Source: an uncultured bacterium
GTDB taxonomy: Bacteria > Patescibacteriota > Saccharimonadia > UBA4664 > SCTI01
NCBI GenBank assembly: GCA_963721685.1
Contig: CAVRJJ010000005.1
Span: forward strand, 39,943 to 103,942
Direction: 5' to 3'
DNA length: 64,000 nucleotides
Each line of letters opens with the position of its first letter. The stretch's first letter is position 1. Of this stretch, positions 16,776 to 26,546 are shown in pieces. A program made the position numbers and the translations under genes. Under the pieces are notes generated by a model, which saw nothing but the letters and a program-made list of their open reading frames with translations, was not told where the DNA came from and ran no database searches.

Positions 16776-19700
16776 ACTTTTTCCTCCGTTAGGCTGTGGT
16801 TTTGGGTCTTACCCAGAAAGTCCTGCCAGGCTTTAGGCTCCCGTTGCATTACTTTAGGATCCCCGAGGCAACGCAGTAACAATCTACCGGTTTCGGCATT
16901 GGTAATGAGCGGAATATGGCTATCAATAGCCAAGCGCCGAATAGTGTAGGCGTCGTTGCTGTCTCGGCTGGACGAGGGAATGCTAATCATAAGTCCAATC
17001 TGTTGTTTGGCTATGGAAGTAATAATGCTTGGTTCGATTTTCTCAACTATTTTATGCAGCTTAGTGGTTTCAACACCACCGGCCTTAAGGTAATCGTGGG
17101 TACCCGGAGTGGCATAGATTTTCCAACCCTGCTTTAGCAAGTCGGCGGCTTCTTCAATGAACTTATACTTATGCTGGTCCGGCAGACTTAAAAACAAGGT
17201 TTTCGTTTTTACCCGCTGCTCAGTAGCCAGCCATGACCGGTAAAAAGCCTCCTGCAGATTATCACCAAAACAGGCCACTTCGCCCGTAGAAGCCATTTCC
17301 ACCCCCGCCACTGGGTCAGCTCCCTTAAGGCGATTATAGGAAAACTGGGGACTTTTTACTCCTACGTAGTCATACTCAAGCGTTTGGTAGTCGGTGGTGC
17401 TCTCAATGCCCAGGATCGATTCCGTAGCGATTGCAATGAAGTTGTGACCGGTTACTTTTGAAACGAACGGAAAGGATCGTGAGGCGCGGACATTGCACTC
17501 AATAACCTTAAGGTCGTTATCCTTGGCAATAAACTGGACGTTAAACGGGCCGGTTATATTAAGGTTGCTAATAATTTGCTTGGTTATTAACTTAGCCCGG
17601 CGAACTGTTTCCAAATATAACCGTTGGGCCGGAAAAACCACCGTGGCGTCTCCGGAATGTACGCCGGCGTTTTCAATATGTTCCGAGATAGCGTAAATCT
17701 GCAAATGCCCGTCTTTGGCTACCCCGTCAATCTCAATCTCTTTGGAATTAGCGATAAAGTGGGAAATAACCACGGGATGGTCGGGTGATAAGGTCGCGGC
17801 TTCGGTTAGGTAAAAAGCCAGTTCTTTCTCGGTAGATACAACATTCATTGCCCCGCCGGAGAGCACATAGGACGGGCGGATAATTACCGGATAACCTACT
17901 TTTTGAGCGAAGGCATTAGCTTTTTGGAAGGTGCTAACTTCTTCCCAGGTGGGCTGGTCTACCCCCAATTTATTCAGCATGCTGGAAAACTTCTGCCGGT
18001 CTTCGGCACGGTCAATCTGGTCGGGCGGCGTACCCAGGATCGGGTAACCAGCTTTAGCCAGGGGCAGGGCTAAATTATTAGCAATCTGACCGCCAACTGA
18101 GACTACAATGCCGTCAGGGTGTTCAAAATCGGCAATGTCGCTCATCCGCTCAAAGGTCAGCTCTTCAAAATACAGCCGGTTTGAGCGGTCAAAGTCGGTT
18201 GAAACGGTTTCAGGGTTTGAGTTAACCATAATGGTTTGGCGGCCATGGGCTTGAAGGGTTTTAGCGGTGTTTACCGCGCACCAGTCAAACTCCACCGATG
18301 AACCGATGCAGTACGGACCCGAACCCATCACAATAACCGTCTTGTTGCCAACCGGCTCCACATCATCACGGTCGCCATGGTAGGTCGTGTACAGGTAATT
18401 GGTGGAGGCCTCAAACTCCCCCGCCAAGGTATCAATTTGCTTAATAACCGGCCTAATCCCCTCTTTCAGGCGCCGCTGGCGAATGGCCGCTTCACTCTCA
18501 TCTTTAAGGTTGGCAATAACGCGGTCGGCAAACCCGGCTTTTTTAGCACGCTCAAGCAATGATTTGGAGAGCGGCTGTTCACGAATATCCTCTTCAAGAA
18601 TTTGGATGTCCTGGAGATGCCTCAGGAACCAATTATCAACATTAGAGATTTTATGGATGTGCTCAACACTTTTGCCTTTTTTAAACGCTTCATAAATGGC
18701 AAACAACCTGCGGTCGGTAGCCGGGTTTATTTCGCTTTCCGGGTCATCTAGCTTGTATGGATGGCTGGTAAGGCCATGTGCGCCAATATTAAGCATGCGA
18801 ATTGCCTTTTGCAGGGCTTCGGGAAATGACCGCCCCAGCGCCATTACTTCGCCCACGCTTTTCATTTCCGAACCAATTGAGTGATCGCTGGATTTTAGTT
18901 TCGCCAGGTCCCAGCGCGGCATCTTGACGGCGATATAATCCAATGCCGGTTCGAAAAAGGCTGAGGTCGTGCCGGTTACCGCGTTGGTTAGGTCCGGCAG
19001 GAGCTTGCCAAGCACCAACTTTGATGCCACGTACGCCAGCGGGTAGCCGGTAGCTTTTGAGGCAAGCGCGCTGGAACGGCTTAGGCGGGCATTTACCTCA
19101 ATTACCCGGTAATCACCATTAGCCGGATTCAAGGCATATTGAATATTGCACTCACCAATAATTTTTAAATGGTTAATGGTGCGGATCGCCACCTCGCGCA
19201 AGCGATGGTATTCCTCGTTGGTGAGGGTTTGGGAGGGAGCCACCACAATACTTTCGCCGGTATGGATGCCCATGGGATCCAGGTTCTCCATATTACAGAC
19301 GGTAATGGTATTCCCGCCTGAATCCCGCACAACTTCGTATTCCACTTCTTTCCAGCCAACCAAGAACTCTTCAATTAATAGTTGCGGCACGGCCTGCAAG
19401 GCTTCATTGGCCATACGGGTCAAATCCTTGTCATTATCGACCCTGCCCGAACCGAGCCCGCCCAAACTATACCCGGCGCGCAGCATAACCGGGTAACCAA
19501 TGATTTTGGCAGCCGCTAAAGCTTCCTTCAAGCTGTAAGCCACAGCGCTACGGGCGGTCTGGGTGCCAATCTCTTTCATCGCGGCCTTAAACAATTGCCG
19601 GTCTTCAGTAGTTTTAATGGTTTCCAGCGATGTGCCGGGCACGGTAATCCCCAGCCGCTTAAATACTCCTTTGTCATACAGCTCCAGGCCCAGGTTAAGC

Positions 19701-19981
19701 GCGGTCTGGCCGCCAAAGCCCAAGAAAACCATGTCGGGCTTTTCTTTTTCCAAAATCTTGGTTACGGTTTCCACGTCAAGCGACTCAAAATATACCCGAT
19801 CAGCCATATCGCCGTCGGTCTGGACCGTCGCGATATTAGGATTGATGAGAACGGTTGCAATACCTTCTTCTTTAAGGGCTTTAATGGCCTGGGAGCCGGA
19901 ATAATCAAACTCCCCCGCCTGGCCGATACGCAGGCCTCCCGACCCGAAGATTACCGCTTTTTCAGTGGTTGTCCGCTTCAT
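16772..19981 (-). CDS. carB: Carbamoyl-phosphate synthase large subunit
   Basis: IGQAGEFDYSG, duplicated ATP-grasp domains, C-terminal MGS domain. Confidence 0.98.
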   Translation of the reverse strand: MKRTTTEKAVIFGSGGLRIGQAGEFDYSGSQAIKALKEEGIATVLINPNIATVQTDGDMADRVYFESLDVETVTKILEKEKPDMVFLGFGGQTALNLGLELYDKGVFKRLGITVPGTSLETIKTTEDRQLFKAAMKEIGTQTARSAVAYSLKEALAAAKIIGYPVMLRAGYSLGGLGSGRVDNDKDLTRMANEALQAVPQLLIEEFLVGWKEVEYEVVRDSGGNTITVCNMENLDPMGIHTGESIVVAPSQTLTNEEYHRLREVAIRTINHLKIIGECNIQYALNPANGDYRVIEVNARLSRSSALASKATGYPLAYVASKLVLGKLLPDLTNAVTGTTSAFFEPALDYIAVKMPRWDLAKLKSSDHSIGSEMKSVGEVMALGRSFPEALQKAIRMLNIGAHGLTSHPYKLDDPESEINPATDRRLFAIYEAFKKGKSVEHIHKISNVDNWFLRHLQDIQILEEDIREQPLSKSLLERAKKAGFADRVIANLKDESEAAIRQRRLKEGIRPVIKQIDTLAGEFEASTNYLYTTYHGDRDDVEPVGNKTVIVMGSGPYCIGSSVEFDWCAVNTAKTLQAHGRQTIMVNSNPETVSTDFDRSNRLYFEELTFERMSDIADFEHPDGIVVSVGGQIANNLALPLAKAGYPILGTPPDQIDRAEDRQKFSSMLNKLGVDQPTWEEVSTFQKANAFAQKVGYPVIIRPSYVLSGGAMNVVSTEKELAFYLTEAATLSPDHPVVISHFIANSKEIEIDGVAKDGHLQIYAISEHIENAGVHSGDATVVFPAQRLYLETVRRAKLITKQIISNLNITGPFNVQFIAKDNDLKVIECNVRASRSFPFVSKVTGHNFIAIATESILGIESTTDYQTLEYDYVGVKSPQFSYNRLKGADPVAGVEMASTGEVACFGDNLQEAFYRSWLATEQRVKTKTLFLSLPDQHKYKFIEEAADLLKQGWKIYATPGTHDYLKAGGVETTKLHKIVEKIEPSIITSIAKQQIGLMISIPSSSRDSNDAYTIRRLAIDSHIPLITNAETGRLLLRCLGDPKVMQREPKAWQDFLGKTQNHSLTEEKV

Positions 19982-21123
19982 AAGTTTTTAAAAAACTTTC
20001 CGAATAACCAAGCCGTGTCGGTTGGACCGGGGCAAGCCTCAGGATGAAATTGCACCGAGAAAAATGGCTTGGTTGCATGTTCTATGCCTTCCACCGACTG
20101 GTCGTTAAGGTTGCGGAACAGTACTTTCCAGCCATTGGGCAGCGATGCCTCTTCAATTGAGTAACCATGATTCTGGCTGGTTATATAACAGCGTTTACTG
20201 CCAAGTTCCATACATGGCTGGTTATGTCCGCGGTGGCCATAAGGAAGCTTATAGGTTTTGGCGCCCGCCGCTAAGGCCATGATTTGGGTACCAAGGCAGA
20301 TACCGAAAACAGGCTTATTCGTAGCCAGCGCTTTGCGCGCAATGGCAATCGTTTGCTGGTAGTCGGTGGGGTCACCCGGGCCGTTAGAAAACACCACGCC
20401 GTCATAGTTTTCGTTGGAGTAGTCGTAGTTATGGGGAACCCGCCGCACTCCGACCGGCAACTTCAACAAAGAATCCAGAATATTACCTTTTGCCCCGCAA
20501 TCCACCAGGATTACCTTCTTGGTTTGCTCTTGGTTGTAGTCGCGGGGTTTATCAATAGAAACAAACTTAGGCTCCATTTGCAGCTTCTTGGCGTCAACCG
20601 GCTCGGCGCTAATAGCGCCAACCATCGTGCCAACCTCACGCAAATGCTTGGTGAGGGCTCGGGTATCGACACCGGTTAAAATCGGGATGCCCTGTGACTG
20701 CAACCAAGCCAAAAAAGAGCTTTGGGAACCACTATGGCTGCCTAACAGCGCAACCCCGCTGACCACTACCCCGCTGACTTGGATTTTGTCGGACTCAGCA
20801 TCATCCGGTTGCACGCCATAGTTGCCAATCATCGGATAAGTAAATACCAGTATTTGGTTGGCGTAGGAAGGGTCAGTTAAGGATTCAACATAGCCGGTCA
20901 TACCGGTGTTAAAGACCACCTCGCCAATGTATTGGCCGGTTTGCCGGTCCGGCGCTAAACCTTCGAAAACCGCGCCGTCACTTAAGCGCAATTGCATGGG
21001 CCGGTTTACAAGAAAATCGCCCCTTTCGGAGCGACTTCCGCGCTGTTGCAAACTGTCTTTAAGCTGCAATCCCTGGTCCATATGCATCTGTTTGAATGTA
21101 CCAAAACGCTGCGTAAAACGCAA
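19978..21123 (-). CDS. carA: Carbamoyl-phosphate synthase small subunit (true start may be further downstream, e.g. 20997)
   Basis: GEVVFNTGMTGY, SNGPGDP, GICLG, SVQFHPE. Confidence 0.97.
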   Translation of the reverse strand: MRFTQRFGTFKQMHMDQGLQLKDSLQQRGSRSERGDFLVNRPMQLRLSDGAVFEGLAPDRQTGQYIGEVVFNTGMTGYVESLTDPSYANQILVFTYPMIGNYGVQPDDAESDKIQVSGVVVSGVALLGSHSGSQSSFLAWLQSQGIPILTGVDTRALTKHLREVGTMVGAISAEPVDAKKLQMEPKFVSIDKPRDYNQEQTKKVILVDCGAKGNILDSLLKLPVGVRRVPHNYDYSNENYDGVVFSNGPGDPTDYQQTIAIARKALATNKPVFGICLGTQIMALAAGAKTYKLPYGHRGHNQPCMELGSKRCYITSQNHGYSIEEASLPNGWKVLFRNLNDQSVEGIEHATKPFFSVQFHPEACPGPTDTAWLFGKFFKNL

Positions 21124-21155
21124 GGCCGCTTACGCATGCTTTATAATGAAGCCCT

Positions 21156-22208
21156 ATGAGCACCAACATCACCCTTCCCGGCTTGATCGACCCCCACGTG
21201 CACTTGCGCGACCCCGGCCAAACGCATAAGGAAGACTTCTTGAGCGGTACCTCCGCGGCACTGGCCGGCGGCTTCACCACGGTGTTGGACATGCCTAATA
21301 ATGCAGAGCCAATTACCACTCTGGAGCGGCTGGCAGCTAAGATTAACGCTGCCCAAAGCCAGATTGTGGGCGATATTGGTTTCCATTTTGGCACGCTGGG
21401 CGATAATTTTGATGAATTTCCAAATATAATTGGTAAGGTTAAAGGCCTTAAGGTCTATTTAAATGTCACCACTGGCGGCTTTGTTATTGATAAGGCTAAA
21501 CTGCTGGACATATACAAAGCCTGGCCCAGCAATAAGCCCATTTTACTCCACGCCGAAGACGATGTTTCCGACTTGGTATGGGACGCGCTTAAGTCCACTC
21601 GCAAGCCCACCCATATTTGCCATGTCTCGAGCCAAGCCGAGTTAGAGCTGGTCATACGGGCAAAAGAGGCCGGCCTGCCCATGAGTTGCGGGGTGACGCC
21701 CCACCACCTCTTTTTAACCGATAAAGACGCTGAGCGGCTCGGTGCCTACGGCCATATGAAGCCCTATTTAAAACCGCGGGCTGATCAGGATTTTCTCTGG
21801 AAGCATCTTGACGCCATTGACCTGATCGAATCAGACCACGCTCCTCATACCGTGGCTGAAAAGCAAGGTGAGAATCCTCCTTTTGGCGTACCCGGCCTTG
21901 AAACCGCCCTGCCTCTCATGCTTACCGCCGAGGCAGAAGGCAAATTGACGCGATCCCAACTTATTGACCGAATGCATCATAACGCCGCCCGCATTTTCAA
22001 TATCGAGACCGACAAATCGACTTCTATTGATGTTAATATGGATGAATACGAAATTACCAATGATGGACTCCAGACCAAAGCCGGTTGGACACCGTTTAGC
22101 GGCAGGCGCGTTTTGGGCAAAGTAGTTCGAGTTAACCTACGAGGCCAAACTGTGTATGAAAATGGCAAAGTCCTAGCTTCGCCCGGCAGCGCTCAGATTC
22201 TTGCCTAA
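21156..22208 (+). CDS. pyrC: Dihydroorotase (CAD-like type)
   Basis: PGLIDPHVHLRDPG, DMPN, GLKVYLN, SDHAPH, PGLET. Confidence 0.93.
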   Translation: MSTNITLPGLIDPHVHLRDPGQTHKEDFLSGTSAALAGGFTTVLDMPNNAEPITTLERLAAKINAAQSQIVGDIGFHFGTLGDNFDEFPNIIGKVKGLKVYLNVTTGGFVIDKAKLLDIYKAWPSNKPILLHAEDDVSDLVWDALKSTRKPTHICHVSSQAELELVIRAKEAGLPMSCGVTPHHLFLTDKDAERLGAYGHMKPYLKPRADQDFLWKHLDAIDLIESDHAPHTVAEKQGENPPFGVPGLETALPLMLTAEAEGKLTRSQLIDRMHHNAARIFNIETDKSTSIDVNMDEYEITNDGLQTKAGWTPFSGRRVLGKVVRVNLRGQTVYENGKVLASPGSAQILA

Positions 22209-22212
22209 GCCG

Positions 22213-23088
22213 CTATTGGTATAAACTGAGGCTAATGCAGCGGAAGCCGCCGCCGCTTTTACAAAGCTGGTGGTTAGGTAGCGCCAGCACATTAAGACCA
22301 TGCGAACGAAGATCGGCGCTTAACTGGGGGGCACGGTCGGACATAATTACCGTTTCTCCGGTACTGACCAGGTTACAGGCTAAGCCATACTTGGCTTCAC
22401 CTTGATTAACCGGAATAATTTCAACGTCTTTGAGGCCATGAATAGCGGCCTTGCCTTCACTGGTCAGCGCGTCAAAACACACCACTATCAGATTGGGGCT
22501 GATAATTCCAATGGCGATATCAAGGTCATAAAAATAAGAGTCCCACAGGCCGGTAACCTTGTTGCGTACCGGCGGCCCAAAACCGCCGAACCGGCGCTTA
22601 GGTTTAGCGCGCACTACGATCGGCTCCAAACCCAGCCAGTCGCGGACCTCCCTCGCCACGGCCGCGTCAGAACGATAGCCGTCACCCATCAGTACACGGT
22701 TCCCGCCAATAATAAGGGCGTCCCCTTGCCCGCTGAACAATTTTGTTGCGCGGCGGGTTTCAAAGCCGAGTTTTTGCAGCGCGGCTTCGGCATAGGGCTC
22801 CTCGGGTTGCCGCAGGTTAGGGAGCCGTGACAGCAAAACCCTTCCCTTCCATGCAAGCCCCCAATTAGCGGTAAAGACGCCATCTTGGCAACCCTCAGGA
22901 CTGACAATCTGTTCAACCTGAATTCCAGCTTGCTTGTAGGCGGTAATGGCCGCCTCATGCTCGGCTATGCTCGCTGCGAGATCAGGCAGGTCGCCGGTGT
23001 CTTCATAGGCGTTAATACCCTTCGGTTCCAGATAACGAGCATCGCTTACCAAGATGCGCTGGTTAAGTTGGATTTTAAAAGAAGCCAT
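22213..23088 (-). CDS. Amidinotransferase/DDAH (pentein) family protein
   Basis: DGVFTAN, GQGD, YDLD, C-terminal KSGGGFRC catalytic Cys motif. Confidence 0.85.
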   Translation of the reverse strand: MASFKIQLNQRILVSDARYLEPKGINAYEDTGDLPDLAASIAEHEAAITAYKQAGIQVEQIVSPEGCQDGVFTANWGLAWKGRVLLSRLPNLRQPEEPYAEAALQKLGFETRRATKLFSGQGDALIIGGNRVLMGDGYRSDAAVAREVRDWLGLEPIVVRAKPKRRFGGFGPPVRNKVTGLWDSYFYDLDIAIGIISPNLIVVCFDALTSEGKAAIHGLKDVEIIPVNQGEAKYGLACNLVSTGETVIMSDRAPQLSADLRSHGLNVLALPNHQLCKSGGGFRCISLSLYQ

Positions 23089-23122
23089 TATATTCATTAT
23101 ACGCCCGCAACGTTTTGCTGCG

Positions 23123-23216
23123 AATCTGCACAAATCTGCATCAAATCTGCATCAAATCTGCATCAAATCTGCATCAAATCTGCATCAAATCTGCATCAAA
23201 TCTGCATCAAATCTGC
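23123..23216. repeat. 11-bp tandem repeat (AAATCTGCATC)x7 plus partial flanking units
   Basis: Perfect units from 23132 to 23208. Confidence 0.98.
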
Positions 23217-23292
23217 CCACAATAGAAAATAGCTGGCAACAAATATTGTGCGACATTGACAGTCCTTCACAGAAGCGGTGTACAATACGGTT

Positions 23293-24219
23293 ATGAGCAT
23301 AAGCAGTACGCCCCTATCCGACTTGGTAACCGATTACCTTGAGTATTTAGAGATTGAACAAAACCGTTCGCAAAAAACAATCGCTAACTACGACCGCTAC
23401 TTGCAGCGGCTGGTAGCGTTCAGTGAAGACGCGTCAATAAAAGACCTCACCGCGGACCTCGTGCGAAAGTGGCGGGTCTGGCTGAACCGCCTTACCGACA
23501 ACAACGGCGACCCAATTGGCAAATCAACCCAAAACTACCATTTAATAGCCCTGCGCAGTTTCTTAAAGTACCTGGCCAAGCGCGACATCGAGGCACTCAC
23601 CAGCGATAAGATTGAATTGGCCAACGTTAAACGTCCCCAGGTTACCTTTTTAGAAGTTGAAGAGGTTAAGCGCTTGATGGAAATTATCAATATCGAAACG
23701 CCGGTCGGTTTGCGCGACCGTGCCATCATTGAGCTGCTGTTTTCCGGCGGTTTGCGGGTAAGCGAACTGGTTAGCCTTAACCGCGACCATATCAACCTTG
23801 ACCGCCGCGAGTTTAGTATTCGGGGTAAGGGCCAGAAAGATCGGCTGATTTTTATTTCACCGGAAGCGGCGCTATGGATTGAACGTTACTTGGCGAGCCG
23901 GCCGGACAACTTTAAGCCGCTATTCATACACTACGGTGGCAGCCAGGACAAACTTGATGACGGCGCATATACCCGCCTCACTGCCCGCAGCGTCCAGCGG
24001 CTGGTTGGCCGCTACGCCAAGCTGGCAGGGATTACCAAACACGTCACGCCGCACACGCTGCGCCACTCCTTCGCGACCGATTTGCTGTCCAACGGGGCCG
24101 ATCTGCGCAGCGTCCAGGGCTTATTGGGTCACGCCAATGTCTCTACCACCCAAATTTATACTCATTTAACCGATCCCCAGCTGCGCAAGGTTCACGAGCA
24201 GTTTCACCGTAAGAACTAA
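23293..24219 (+). CDS. XerC/XerD-family tyrosine recombinase
   Basis: SAM-like N domain, GLRVSEL, GKGQKDR, HTLRHSFAT, LGHANVSTTQIY. Confidence 0.95.
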   Translation: MSISSTPLSDLVTDYLEYLEIEQNRSQKTIANYDRYLQRLVAFSEDASIKDLTADLVRKWRVWLNRLTDNNGDPIGKSTQNYHLIALRSFLKYLAKRDIEALTSDKIELANVKRPQVTFLEVEEVKRLMEIINIETPVGLRDRAIIELLFSGGLRVSELVSLNRDHINLDRREFSIRGKGQKDRLIFISPEAALWIERYLASRPDNFKPLFIHYGGSQDKLDDGAYTRLTARSVQRLVGRYAKLAGITKHVTPHTLRHSFATDLLSNGADLRSVQGLLGHANVSTTQIYTHLTDPQLRKVHEQFHRKN

Positions 24220-24222
24220 GCG

Positions 24223-25323
24223 CTAATCAAGCCTACACTCCGGAGGCACACTGCTGGGAATCAAGCCTTCTCCGCTGATCGTGTTGAATAAGGTAAATTC
24301 TTTACAAACTCGGTCATCGCCAAAGACCGCTTCGCCGCCGTCTACCGGCTTAGGCACTAAGCTTACTTCCTGCTCTATGCGGCGGTAGGAGCTTCCCACC
24401 CGAGCCGTCACATCAATAATGGTCCGGTCCAGCGCCACATCCACTGGTTTACCAATCCCATCAACAATCTTCATGGTGTATTGCATAGCGCTGAAGTAGG
24501 GTCGCAAGCGCAACACCGTACGCTTGCCCGGGCCACTGGTAGGCATAAAGTTATAAATGGTAGCCGTGCAGCGATAGACCGGCGCGGTGGTACAACGCAC
24601 CTTCACCCGCCCCCCCTCCGCCCCGCCCAATGCCACATCGTTACAGGTTTGGAAATCGATATTAGGGGCTAAACATTCGGACGACCCGCTAATAATCGGT
24701 GCCAGATACAGCGACTTAAGTTTGATATTGGAAGGCGCGATATTGGTAGGCGCGCCGGTATTATCATAATCAATGCGAGTGATTTCCAGGAATGGAGGGG
24801 CGGGTGCGGCCTGTTGAAGATCCACAAACGAAGTAGCGGGACTTTCGCTGGTAAGGTCCTGGTTGTCCCATTGGAGTTCTATATAACTAAACTGTTTTTG
24901 GCTTAAATCATAGTGGGCGGTGTCGCCAACATTAAGGGTGCTATCAATAAAACTGCTGGCGGTACGCACTCGACGGCAGGTAATGTTATTATTGGCAATA
25001 AAACCAGTACCGCCTGGAGCGCCAAAGTTATTTAGAACCCCATCCGCACCTCCGGTTTTATCGCAGTTTTGCTGGACATTAGCCGCGAGCAGCGCCGTGG
25101 AACTACCGGGGTTGGCGGCAATTAACTGGCGTAAAGCCAAAATAGCTTCCTCAATTCCCCCTTCTGCCTCATAATACGCTTCAATATTGTTTTCCAGGTC
25201 AATCGCGTGACGTAACTCGCCCGTCATCAGCCGTGTAATGGAAATAGTTAAAATGAGGATGAGGATAGCAATAAAGCCCACTGAAATAATGGAAGCGCCG
25301 CCGGATTCTGATAACCTTTTCAT
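24223..25323 (-). CDS. PilX-like minor pilin
   Basis: ESGGASII hydrophobic N-terminus lacking E5; AYYEAEGGIEEA PilX motif. Confidence 0.8.
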   Translation of the reverse strand: MKRLSESGGASIISVGFIAILILILTISITRLMTGELRHAIDLENNIEAYYEAEGGIEEAILALRQLIAANPGSSTALLAANVQQNCDKTGGADGVLNNFGAPGGTGFIANNNITCRRVRTASSFIDSTLNVGDTAHYDLSQKQFSYIELQWDNQDLTSESPATSFVDLQQAAPAPPFLEITRIDYDNTGAPTNIAPSNIKLKSLYLAPIISGSSECLAPNIDFQTCNDVALGGAEGGRVKVRCTTAPVYRCTATIYNFMPTSGPGKRTVLRLRPYFSAMQYTMKIVDGIGKPVDVALDRTIIDVTARVGSSYRRIEQEVSLVPKPVDGGEAVFGDDRVCKEFTLFNTISGEGLIPSSVPPECRLD

Positions 25324-26013
25324 TTAATGGTCCCCTGAAATAAGTGAGCGCGCCTGCACACCGCTGGTAATCGATGTCATTGAGCAAAACGACTCGCCCT
25401 CGTCGCACATCGGCCCCGTAGTGTCGGGATTATCGGGGTCGAAGGGGACAGGAGGGTTCACCAGCTCGTTTGCCAGCGCTCGGCGGGAAGCGATTCGTAG
25501 GTGAAAATTGAGCATGGAGTTAAGAGTGACAGGTGCCACAATGCTAGCGGCCGAGGGCTCAAAAAGCGCCACTGACACCTCATTGGAGGTAAGGTCTTGA
25601 CCAGGACCATAGGCAACATTAGCTGGGTTGCATTGGGTGCTACCATCTAAAGCCAGCAGCGCGTTGGCCGCGTGACGCTTAACTAGCCGACTATCCAAAG
25701 GCGGGGTACCTTCAACCGTATACATGTCACTGGGCACTTGAATAAAGGTGTTTACCCGGGAAGCCGAGTAAAACAAGCATATTGAGTTGGTTCCCGCTAC
25801 AACATAGGAAGCGTTACGGGTTGCCCGGGTAATTTCCTCGGTTATTAAGCGGGCTTGTTGCTGAGTGTCACGAATGCCGACGCTGGCCCGGTAAATCCGG
25901 TAAAGGCCGTTTAAACTACCAAGGATAACAAGCATGACAAAGGTGAAAATTGCCATAGCTAACAGGACCTCCACCAAGGTATACCCTTTTTGACTTCTGA
26001 GCTTTACGAACAT
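25324..26013 (-). CDS. Minor pilin (PilW-like)
   Basis: QKG-YTLVEVLLAM prepilin motif. Confidence 0.85.
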   Translation of the reverse strand: MFVKLRSQKGYTLVEVLLAMAIFTFVMLVILGSLNGLYRIYRASVGIRDTQQQARLITEEITRATRNASYVVAGTNSICLFYSASRVNTFIQVPSDMYTVEGTPPLDSRLVKRHAANALLALDGSTQCNPANVAYGPGQDLTSNEVSVALFEPSAASIVAPVTLNSMLNFHLRIASRRALANELVNPPVPFDPDNPDTTGPMCDEGESFCSMTSITSGVQARSLISGDH

Positions 26014-26546
26014 TTCTCCACCTCGTCACAGTCAATCAAGGAACGGTCGGCCCGGCGGTCTACAAGGGTGGTATTGACCACAGCGGTTTCATCGCCTGTA
26101 CCGCCTACCCTTGTCCAGTTAACGGTGATGGTGTACCTCCTACCCTCACTTCCAGCGGTAGCGGGAAAATCGGTACCTACCCCGGCCGAGGATACGCTCA
26201 GGCGGTAGCGCCCGGAGACCCCAACGTTGCACCCTCCGGGCGGGGCGGCGCAGGCAGCCGGAGAAAACCCGGCGGGAGTTCTAACCACCCTGAAATTAGC
26301 AAAAGAGCCCGTGGGCACAACCGGATCTGGAGCGCTATTGGTAATATTTTGATCGCGCCAGGCACGCAGCATCTCTGCCTGTTCCTGAGCCAGGTTTGCC
26401 GCTTCAATCCGCTCACGCGACTGCACGCCAATGCGATAACTGTTGTTTGCCACGTTAAAAGCGCTCACCAGCGTTACTGAAATAATTGCGATAGAAAAAA
26501 CCACCTCTACCAACGTGTCCCCTGCCTGGTGGCGGATTGTTTTCAT
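26004..26546 (-). CDS. Minor pilin (PilV-like)
   Basis: QAG-DTLVEVVFSI prepilin motif; AANLAQEQAE. Confidence 0.85.
   Translation of the reverse strand: MKTIRHQAGDTLVEVVFSIAIISVTLVSAFNVANNSYRIGVQSRERIEAANLAQEQAEMLRAWRDQNITNSAPDPVVPTGSFANFRVVRTPAGFSPAACAAPPGGCNVGVSGRYRLSVSSAGVGTDFPATAGSEGRRYTITVNWTRVGGTGDETAVVNTTLVDRRADRSLIDCDEVEKCS

Noticed and set aside
23123-23216. Possible CRISPR array
   Set aside because: Units are contiguous 11-mers with no spacers, and no cas genes are in the window.
23054-23296. ORFs 22885-23232 and 23054-23296 with SASNLHQICIK repeats
   Set aside because: Translations of the 11-bp tandem repeat, antisense-overlapping a real gene.
23293-24219. Integron integrase IntI
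   Set aside because: No evident IntI-specific insertion, not adjacent to the array, ordinary XerC/D length and motifs.
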